Shown here: in pieces, positions 46,501 to 53,888 of the stretch
Layout: every line of letters starts with the position of its first letter
How positions within the stretch are numbered: the stretch's first letter is position 1
Assembly: GCA_031430035.1 (NCBI GenBank)
Contig: JANPAS010000083.1
Location: forward strand, 36,769-100,768
Origin: Comamonadaceae bacterium
Lineage (GTDB): Bacteria > Pseudomonadota > Gammaproteobacteria > Burkholderiales > Burkholderiaceae_C
Length of the DNA stretch: 64,000 nt
Reading direction: 5' to 3'
Notes under the pieces: model-generated
Told to the model about the DNA's origin: nothing
The model's input: the letters and a program-made list of their open reading frames with translations, nothing else
Database searches by the model: none
Position numbers and translations under genes: made by a program

Positions 46501-47325
46501 GTGACTTCAGACCTTTCCCGTTTTGACCCCCGCCGATTGCGACGCACCGTGCTCGAGATGGCCTTTGCCGGATCGACGGTGCATATCGGCTGCGCCTTTT
46601 CCATTGTCGAAATTCTAGCTGTCCTGTATCGCAGCCACCTGCGTTATCCGGGCAACGATCCCGAAGCGACCGGCCGCGATTACCTAGTGCTGAGCAAGGG
46701 ACATGGCGTGATGGCTCAATATGCCTGCATGCGGGAGCTGGAATGGTTGGATGACAACGCGATTCGGAATTATTTTTCAGACGGCAGCCATCTCAAGGGG
46801 TTGTCCGATTCCCGCGTTCCTGGCCTGGAAGTGACTTCTGGCTCCCTCGGGCATGGTTTCTCTGTCGGCGTTGGTCTGGCATTGGCGGCAAAGCGGCTGG
46901 GCACTGATCAAAAAACTTTTGTCGTCGTTGGCGATGGTGAAATGAATGAAGGACCGATCTGGGAAGGTGCCTTGTTTGCGGCCCACCATCAGCTGAAGAA
47001 CTTCATGGTGATCGTGGATGAAAACGGCTTCCAAGCTATGGGCAGGACCCGCGATGTACTCGACCTGAATTCGCTGCAGCGCAAGCTGGAAGCCTTTGGT
47101 TTTGAAGCAGTGTTGGTGGATGGCCATGACCAACGCGCACTTGATGAAGCGATTGCCAGTCTGGGCAAAAGCGAAAAAACCGCGCCCAAGGCAATCATTG
47201 CACGCACGATCAAAGGGAAGGGCGTTGCTTTCATGGAGGACGACAACCGCTGGCATTACACACGGTTGACCGATGACACTTATCGTCAGGCGCTGGCATG
47301 TCTTGACTTGGAGAGCGCCAAATGA
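46501..47325 (+). CDS. Transketolase-like ThDP enzyme, N-terminal (PP-domain) subunit
   Basis: GTG start. HIGCAFSIVEILAVLY, LSKGHG, GSLGHGFSVGVGLA and VVGDGEMNEGPIWE (GDG-x-N ThDP/Mg motif). Confidence 0.8.
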   Translation: MTSDLSRFDPRRLRRTVLEMAFAGSTVHIGCAFSIVEILAVLYRSHLRYPGNDPEATGRDYLVLSKGHGVMAQYACMRELEWLDDNAIRNYFSDGSHLKGLSDSRVPGLEVTSGSLGHGFSVGVGLALAAKRLGTDQKTFVVVGDGEMNEGPIWEGALFAAHHQLKNFMVIVDENGFQAMGRTRDVLDLNSLQRKLEAFGFEAVLVDGHDQRALDEAIASLGKSEKTAPKAIIARTIKGKGVAFMEDDNRWHYTRLTDDTYRQALACLDLESAK

Positions 47326-48236
47326 GGGCTGCCTTTTCCAAAACCTTGGCCGATATCGCGCGTGCCGATCCGCGGGTAGTGCTGCTGACCGGCGACCATG
47401 GTTATGCGCTGTTCGACGAGTTCCGCCAGGTTTGTCCAGACCAGTACATCAATGCTGGCATTGCCGAGCAGAACATGATCGGCGTCGCTGCCGGCATGGT
47501 GCGCGCCGGATTCCGGCCCTATGTCTACGGCCTCGCCGCCTTCGTGCCAATCAGGGTGCTGGAGCAGATCAAGATCGACCTTGCGCATGACCGCCTACCT
47601 GTGGTCCTGATCGGTGATGGCGCCGGCATGGTCTACAGCCACTTGGGAACCAGTCACCAGGCGACAGAAGACATCGCCGTGACCAGAGCGCTGGCCAATC
47701 TGCAGGTCTACTCCCCGGCTGACCGTCACGAGCTGACCCGCTGCCTTGAATTGAGCGCCCATGCCTCGACCACCATCTACCTGCGCATAGGCAAGGCAGA
47801 CCGGGGCGATGTGCACCCCGCGCCAGTCACGGCCAATGCCGGCGACTTGCTGCCTGTGCGGCAGGGCGGCACAGACCTGGTGTTTCTCGCAACGGGCTCC
47901 ATGGTGCGCACCGCGATCGACATCGCCGACCGTTTTTATCCGCAAGCCTCAGTGTGGAGCGCGCCATTCATTAAACCGATCGACGCCGCCCGTGTCATCG
48001 ACATCGCTCGCCAGGCGCAGACCGTCGTCTGCATGGAGGAGCACTCTGTCCATGCAGGCTTCGGCTCCCTGGTCTGCGAGCTGGTGGCCGAGCACGCACC
48101 TACTCGGGTGTTGCGTATCGGCGTCCAGGACCGCTATTCACAGCATTGCGGCAGCTATGACTACCTGTTGCAGGAACATGGGCTGGATGCGCACGCCGTC
48201 ACCGAACGGATCGGGCAATTTATGCAGAAGTCCTGA
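47322..48236 (+). CDS. Transketolase-like ThDP enzyme, C-terminal (Pyr + C-domain) subunit
   Basis: YINAGIAEQNMIGVAAGM, GTSHQATEDIA and VCMEEHSVHAGFGS. It has a 4-nt overlap with the N-terminal subunit gene. Confidence 0.8.
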   Translation: MRAAFSKTLADIARADPRVVLLTGDHGYALFDEFRQVCPDQYINAGIAEQNMIGVAAGMVRAGFRPYVYGLAAFVPIRVLEQIKIDLAHDRLPVVLIGDGAGMVYSHLGTSHQATEDIAVTRALANLQVYSPADRHELTRCLELSAHASTTIYLRIGKADRGDVHPAPVTANAGDLLPVRQGGTDLVFLATGSMVRTAIDIADRFYPQASVWSAPFIKPIDAARVIDIARQAQTVVCMEEHSVHAGFGSLVCELVAEHAPTRVLRIGVQDRYSQHCGSYDYLLQEHGLDAHAVTERIGQFMQKS

Positions 48237-49171
48237 TGAAGCGCATCGCCATCCTTGGCGCGTCGAGCCGCATTGCGGGAGACCTGATCCTGTGGCTGGC
48301 CCAGCAGCCTGACACGGCACTCCATCTGTTCGTGCGCCGGCCACAGCAGATGCTTGACTGGCTGCACCAGAATGACATCGCGGGCCACGCCCAGGTAGGG
48401 CTCTACCCGAATTTTGGCGAGGGTGGCGAGTACTTCGCGGTGATCAATTTCGTCGGCGTTGGCGATCCGGCAAGGGCCTTGTCCATGGGTGCGGAAATCC
48501 TAGATCTGACGCATCGGTTCGACAGCCTCGCGCTGGAGTATGTGAAGCGCCATCCGCACTGTCGTTATTTGTTCACCAGCAGCGGCGCTGCTTATGGCAG
48601 CCGTTTCGAGTCGCCGGTGGACGAGGGCACCCAAGCTGTCTTTGCCATCAATGCGTTGGGAAGCGATGCTTGGTATGGCATAGCCAAGGCCCATGCCGAG
48701 TGCCGGCACCGGGCGCATCCCAAGCTGCCGATCATGGACATTCGCATTTTCAATTACATCAGCCAGACGCAGGACCTGTCGGCGCGCTTTCTGGTCACCG
48801 ATGCCATCCGCGCGATCCGAGACCGGACCGTCTTGCAGACTTCCGCTGAACGGACCGTGCGCGATTACTTGCATACCAGCGATTTTTGCGCCCTGGTCGA
48901 TGCCGTGCTGGCTGCGCCGCCGACCAACGATGTCATCGACTGCTATAGCAAGGCACCGATTGAGAAGACGGAATTGCTGCAAGCCTTGCAGGCCGCATTC
49001 GGGCTGCGCTATACGGTGTCGCCGGAGCAGGCGGACATCAACGCAACCGGACACAAGCCCTGTTACTACTCGGTCAATCGCCGTGCCCGCCACTTTGGCT
49101 ATGCGCCGGCATTCAACTCCCTGGACGGAGTCCTCGACGCCACCGCCGCACTGCTGGACGCCGGTGCTTAA
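48236..49171 (+). CDS. Extended SDR (NAD-dependent epimerase/reductase family)
   Basis: IAILGASSRIAGDL, FTSSGAAYG, YGIAKAHAE (YxxxK) and RIFNY. It directly follows the split transketolase. Confidence 0.6.
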   Translation: MKRIAILGASSRIAGDLILWLAQQPDTALHLFVRRPQQMLDWLHQNDIAGHAQVGLYPNFGEGGEYFAVINFVGVGDPARALSMGAEILDLTHRFDSLALEYVKRHPHCRYLFTSSGAAYGSRFESPVDEGTQAVFAINALGSDAWYGIAKAHAECRHRAHPKLPIMDIRIFNYISQTQDLSARFLVTDAIRAIRDRTVLQTSAERTVRDYLHTSDFCALVDAVLAAPPTNDVIDCYSKAPIEKTELLQALQAAFGLRYTVSPEQADINATGHKPCYYSVNRRARHFGYAPAFNSLDGVLDATAALLDAGA

Positions 49172-49207
49172 GGCCTGCCGCACTCCAACCACATTTCAAG
49201 AAACGTG

Positions 49208-50257
49208 ATGAACCGCCCAAGCGACAATATTTTTATCGACCCCTCTTATCCTGTCTTCAATCAGGACAAGTTATTCGACCTGGGCGATCCTTTGCTCAAT
49301 CGCGATGATCAATTGCTGCCATTCCACCGCTTGCGGGAACATTTGCACGCGCTCGGTAAATCCGTCCATACGGCGGATTACCTGTTGTCGGGCGATGCCG
49401 GTCCAGGCGGAACAAGCGCTTGTGGCTATTACTCCCTGGGCATCCTCGACAATTACCAGCGCATCGCCCGCGAAGGCCAGGCCAGGCTGAAGTCATTCGT
49501 GATCATGGAGCCGCCGGTGGTCGCACCGCACCTGTACCAGGCTTTGCCAGCACTCACGAATGCGTTCGAACGGGTCTATGTTCACAACACCGATGGCGAC
49601 TGCTATTCCCTAGCTGGGGTGCAGCAGGACAAGCTCAGGCGGCTCTATTGGCCGCTGCCCCACGCCGAAGTGCTGGAGCCCTACTGGAGCCAGCGCGACC
49701 GGATGCAGCGTATCGTGGTGATCAACGGCAGCCACAAGCCGCGCTCGTTCGACAAGGAGCTGTACAGCAAGCGCATCGATGCAATGGCGGCGCTGGCGCC
49801 CACGGGTGCAGTTGACCTGTTCGGCCGTGGCTGGGAACGCTGGTGGTCAGGCGAGGCGCGCTGGATGCCCTATTGGCGTAACCGTCGCACGCTGATGTCG
49901 ATCTATCAGGGCGCTTGCGCGTCCAAGTTCGAAGTGCTGCAGCGCTATGCGTTTTGTCTGTGCTTCGAAAATATGGCAATGAATGGCTACATCACGGAAA
50001 AGTTATTCGACTGCCTCTATGCCGGAACCATTCCGCTCTATCTGGGCGCCCCGGACATCCTTCGCTACATCCCGCAGGATGTGTTCATCGACTGCAGGCA
50101 ATATGCTTCCTGGGACGAGATGTGGAATGAGGTCAGGCTGATCCCAGCTTCACGTATCGAAGCGATGTGTGAAGCTGGCCGCCAGTTCCTGGGCAGTGAA
50201 GCCGCCCAACCCTTTTACAATTCGCTATTGCACTTGGGCTGGGGGGCAAATGAATAA
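49208..50257 (+). CDS. Glycosyltransferase family 10-like (alpha-1,3/4-fucosyltransferase type)
   Basis: C-terminal motif YAFCLCFENMAMNGYITEKLFDCLYAGTIPLYLGAPDI corresponds to the FucT motif F.L.FEN....YVTEK. GDP-fucose genes are present in the same operon. Confidence 0.55.
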   Translation: MNRPSDNIFIDPSYPVFNQDKLFDLGDPLLNRDDQLLPFHRLREHLHALGKSVHTADYLLSGDAGPGGTSACGYYSLGILDNYQRIAREGQARLKSFVIMEPPVVAPHLYQALPALTNAFERVYVHNTDGDCYSLAGVQQDKLRRLYWPLPHAEVLEPYWSQRDRMQRIVVINGSHKPRSFDKELYSKRIDAMAALAPTGAVDLFGRGWERWWSGEARWMPYWRNRRTLMSIYQGACASKFEVLQRYAFCLCFENMAMNGYITEKLFDCLYAGTIPLYLGAPDILRYIPQDVFIDCRQYASWDEMWNEVRLIPASRIEAMCEAGRQFLGSEAAQPFYNSLLHLGWGANE

Positions 50258-51305
50258 AGACGCCGCCCCTGTGCCCCTGGTGTCGGCACCGCTGGTGTCG
50301 ATCTGCATTCCTACCTACAATTCTGGGGAAACACTGGCCGAAACGCTGGCATCGATCATCGCGCAAACTTACTTGCGCCTGGAAATACTGGTGGTCGACA
50401 ACGCTTCTGCCGACGATACGTTGGAGGTAGCCCGTCGTTTTGACGATCCACGCATCCGTATCCACGAGAATGCCGACAACATTGGAGCCGAAGGCAATTT
50501 CAATCGTTGCATCCAGCTGGCCAGCGGCGAGTACACCGCGATCTATCATGCTGATGATCTTTATCTGCCGCAGATGGTCGCCGAGCAGGTCGGCTTCTTG
50601 GAGCGCCATACGGAGGTGGGCGGCGTGCTTACTGAGGCGCTGCTGATCGACGGCAGTGGCAGGCAGGCGGGCGCCATCAGCCTTCCCGCTGAATTGCACC
50701 GGAAGAACGACGTGGGCGTCACTTTTCCGGAATTGTTCAGCGCCTTGCTGCGCCACTCGAATTTCCTGATTTGTCCCAGCGCCATGGTTCGCACCACGCT
50801 CTATCAGAACGTCATCAAGGGCTGGCGCGGTGACTTGTTCGGTTCGTCGGCCGACCTCGATATCTGGCTCAGGATCGCCCACCACTCCCAGCTGGGACTG
50901 CTGCCAGCGAAGCTGATGAAGTACAGGATCAGCACTGCCCAATTCTCGTCGAAAGTTCGTTACCAGACCGGACGGGCTGATTTTTTCCGTGTCATGGACC
51001 ACTATCTTTTGCAAGACGATGTGCGTGCAGTCATGACGCCGCGCGACCTTGAGAACTATCAGCGACTGGTCCGCCGCGACACCGTGATGCGCGCCGCCAA
51101 CCTGTTTTTGACCGACCAATTCCCGCAGGTGGCATCGCTGTTAAATGACTTTTTCAGCGTCGACATGCTGTTCGCGGCAATGCGCGATAAAAGGAGCTTC
51201 GTCGTCTTGCTGCTGGGTTCCTATCTGAAAATTGTCAATTTGCCCGGGCTGCGCAGTTGCGGCCAGGCACCACTGCGGCAATTGAAGCATGCGCTTGGGA
51301 AGTAG
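50250..51305 (+). CDS. Glycosyltransferase family 2
   Basis: VSICIPTYNSGETLAETLASIIAQTY, EILVVDNASADDT and YHADDLY (DxD). The start was moved to the ATG at 50250, overlapping the upstream stop. Confidence 0.8.
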   Translation: MNKDAAPVPLVSAPLVSICIPTYNSGETLAETLASIIAQTYLRLEILVVDNASADDTLEVARRFDDPRIRIHENADNIGAEGNFNRCIQLASGEYTAIYHADDLYLPQMVAEQVGFLERHTEVGGVLTEALLIDGSGRQAGAISLPAELHRKNDVGVTFPELFSALLRHSNFLICPSAMVRTTLYQNVIKGWRGDLFGSSADLDIWLRIAHHSQLGLLPAKLMKYRISTAQFSSKVRYQTGRADFFRVMDHYLLQDDVRAVMTPRDLENYQRLVRRDTVMRAANLFLTDQFPQVASLLNDFFSVDMLFAAMRDKRSFVVLLLGSYLKIVNLPGLRSCGQAPLRQLKHALGK

Positions 51306-51348
51306 GACTTGTCTTCCATGCTCTTCATCGATCCGTACCTTGAATAAA

Positions 51349-52404
51349 ATGCACGAAAAACTGTTTATCCATGCTACCAACGTCCACCAGGGTGGCGGAC
51401 GGACATTGCTTGATGCGCTCTTGCAGCTATCGTTCAGGCAAGACACGACAGCGCTGCTGGACGAACGCATGCCAGTACCGAAAGCCATGCCGTCGGGTAC
51501 CCAGCTGATACGGGCGAAAGCATCCCTGTTGGGTCGATTGCGCGCCGAGCGTTTGCTAGCCGCCCAGGCAAAGTCCGGAGATACGGTTATTTGTTTCGGC
51601 AATCTGCCGCCTTTGTTCAGGGTGGCCGGGCGGGTGATTGTATTTGTCCAGAACCGCTACTTGATCGATCAGGTTTCACTGGACCAGTTTCCTTTCAAAT
51701 CCCGGCTGCGGCTAAGCCTTGAGCGCACCTGGTTCAGGATGCGTGCAGCGAGTGTGGACGAGTATGTGGTGCAAACGCCCAGCATGAAGCAGGCCTTGGA
51801 GCACCATCTTGCGAACATCAAAACGAAGCCTAGACTAGACATCAGGATACTTCCCTTCGTCAGTGGCGGTTCCCGACACTCGCGGGCGCGCACGGTTGCT
51901 GTCCATGAGACGCAAAAGCGCCATGACTTCGTGTATGTGGGGTCAGGAGAGCCCCATAAGAACCACCGCAATCTGATCAATGCATGGATACTGCTGGCGC
52001 AGGCAAACTGCTATCCATCACTGGCACTGACTGTCGATGCGGCCGCGTTCCCCGACTTGTGCCAATGGATTGATGAGCAGACCCGCATTCACCGGCTGCA
52101 CATCGAGAACAAGGGTGCCTTGCCCCAATCCGGGGTAACAGACCTTTACAATTGTTCTGCCGCGCTGATTCACCCGTCAACATTGGAGTCTTTCGGTTTG
52201 CCCCTGATCGAGGCGCGAAACGCAGGGCTGGCGGTTCTGGCCGGCGAGCTCGACTATGTCAGGGATATCTTGGATCCTGAAGAGAGCTTTGATCCGCAGT
52301 CTGCCGTCTCGATTGCCAGGGCCGTCAAGCGATTCAGGCGCATGGAAGAGCCTGCACTCAGCATTGTCGATGCAAGGACGTTCATCGATTCGCTGGTGTC
52401 GTAA
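51349..52404 (+). CDS. GT-B glycosyltransferase, family 4-like
   Basis: FVYVGSGEPHKNHRNLI and LIHPSTLESFGLPLIEARNAGLAVLAGELDYVRDI (E-x7-E). The start is set at the internal ATG at 51349. Confidence 0.7.
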   Translation: MHEKLFIHATNVHQGGGRTLLDALLQLSFRQDTTALLDERMPVPKAMPSGTQLIRAKASLLGRLRAERLLAAQAKSGDTVICFGNLPPLFRVAGRVIVFVQNRYLIDQVSLDQFPFKSRLRLSLERTWFRMRAASVDEYVVQTPSMKQALEHHLANIKTKPRLDIRILPFVSGGSRHSRARTVAVHETQKRHDFVYVGSGEPHKNHRNLINAWILLAQANCYPSLALTVDAAAFPDLCQWIDEQTRIHRLHIENKGALPQSGVTDLYNCSAALIHPSTLESFGLPLIEARNAGLAVLAGELDYVRDILDPEESFDPQSAVSIARAVKRFRRMEEPALSIVDARTFIDSLVS

Positions 52405-52436
52405 CAAAAATCCAACTTAACATCAGTTTCATTCAA

Positions 52437-53888
52437 ATGATTAAAGCAGCAATACTGTTGTTCGTTTTCACGATTATCGGCATTGCTTTGCTGGCAGGCT
52501 CGAACTATTCGGGCAGCTTGCAGGTTTACCTGCTGTTCACCCTGGTCGGCAATGCGCTGCTTTTCAACGGCCTGCGCCGCCGTGCCCTTTTCTTCGATAC
52601 CTTTATCGGAATATTTCTGTGGCTAGGATTCTGGCTGAAGTTCTCCGTCCAGACGGCCCTGGGCCAGGTCGCTTTTCTGGAAGCTTTGGCATTCGATCGG
52701 TCGCCCGCCGCTTACGATCACGCCTTGATCGCTTCAAGCTGCGGCCTGGCGGCGCTCCTGATTGCGAGCTTGGTCCGGGAGCGCTTCTTTGTCTATCCGG
52801 AGCAAACGCCTTCGTGCAGCCAGTCCAGTCTTTTCCTTTTTTACCAGCGATACCGCGGTATTTGCATCACGTTGTTCCTAGCGGCCGTGATGCTGGTCGC
52901 TATCAGCAATGTCTGGCTCGGCATCTACCAGCGCGGCGTGGTGGCGCAAACCGTATTGCCTTATGGGCTAAGCGGTGTCTACAAATGGCTTCTTCAATTC
53001 GGACTTGCTTCGATCTCGGCGCTGGTCATCCGCTTCGAGATCGAATTGAACCGCAACATCACCTTGTGGTCAGTCGTGCCGGCACTTATGGAGGCATTTT
53101 TTTCCAATATTTCGCTACTCAGTCGCGGCATGATCCTCAATGCGGCCGGCTTGGGATTTGGCGCGATCCGACAGCTTACGTCGATGAAAATCTGGCCAGG
53201 CTTCCTGCGGATAGCCGCCGTGAGCATCGCCTTCGCGGTGCTTTTTGTGGTTTCCGTGCTGACGGTTAACTATCTGCGCGCTACATCGTATGGACACAGT
53301 CCGGAGATCGTGTCGCGCTTGGTGCAAAACCAAGCGCTGCCAACCGAGCAATACGGCCAAACGACATACGCCCTCCAGCACATGACTGTGCCCTTGTTTA
53401 TCGACCGCTGGGTCGGGATCGAAGCCGTGGTGGCGGTCGCTTCGTCTAGGGATCTTGGCTGGGATTTGTGGCGGGACGCTTGGAGTGAACGCTTCCAGGT
53501 CGGCGTGCTGAGCATCTATGACCAGCGATTCATCGAATCTCCCTACACGGCTAATGCCGACAAGCCCGTTTTCCACTTCATCTCTTTGCCAGGCATTATC
53601 GCTTTCCTCTATTTCCCCGGCTCGTTGGCCTTTCTTTTCGTCGCACTCACGCTGTGTGCATGGCTAGCTGCAGCGGTTGAAATTGCGACCTATCGCTACG
53701 CAGGACAAAACTGGATCCTCTGCTCGCTGATCGGGCAGGTAGTCGCCTATCGTTATGCGCACTTTGGCTATGTGCCGGCTCAGTCCTATTTGCTGTTCGG
53801 AGCGGTGATATTGAACGTTGCGCTGCTGTACACGGTTGATCGAATTTTGCGACGCTGCCTCAGTGTCCCCGCCATCATTGCCAGATAA
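52437..53888 (+). CDS. Polytopic inner-membrane protein, function unknown (possible Wzy-type polymerase)
   Basis: About 10-12 hydrophobic segments. One larger hydrophilic loop (GHSPEIVSRLVQNQALPTEQYG...RDLGWDLWRDAWSERF) fits the layout of O-antigen polymerases. I recognise no diagnostic motif. Confidence 0.35.
   Translation: MIKAAILLFVFTIIGIALLAGSNYSGSLQVYLLFTLVGNALLFNGLRRRALFFDTFIGIFLWLGFWLKFSVQTALGQVAFLEALAFDRSPAAYDHALIASSCGLAALLIASLVRERFFVYPEQTPSCSQSSLFLFYQRYRGICITLFLAAVMLVAISNVWLGIYQRGVVAQTVLPYGLSGVYKWLLQFGLASISALVIRFEIELNRNITLWSVVPALMEAFFSNISLLSRGMILNAAGLGFGAIRQLTSMKIWPGFLRIAAVSIAFAVLFVVSVLTVNYLRATSYGHSPEIVSRLVQNQALPTEQYGQTTYALQHMTVPLFIDRWVGIEAVVAVASSRDLGWDLWRDAWSERFQVGVLSIYDQRFIESPYTANADKPVFHFISLPGIIAFLYFPGSLAFLFVALTLCAWLAAAVEIATYRYAGQNWILCSLIGQVVAYRYAHFGYVPAQSYLLFGAVILNVALLYTVDRILRRCLSVPAIIAR

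Noticed and set aside
46501-48236. The transketolase genes interpreted as central pentose-phosphate metabolism.
   Set aside because: They are split into two short subunits and translationally coupled to sugar-modifying genes deep inside a glycan operon. A housekeeping tkt is a single gene of about 660 aa.
50133-51119. A 328-aa minus-strand ORF antisense to the GT2 gene. Similar long antisense ORFs occur at 30485-31444, 40962-41855, 29655-30401, 24815-25465, 48500-49192 and 44032-44535.
   Set aside because: All of them are shadow ORFs within well-supported plus-strand genes. They lack ribosome-binding sites and have low-complexity composition. In every case the plus-strand frame carries the recognisable catalytic motifs.
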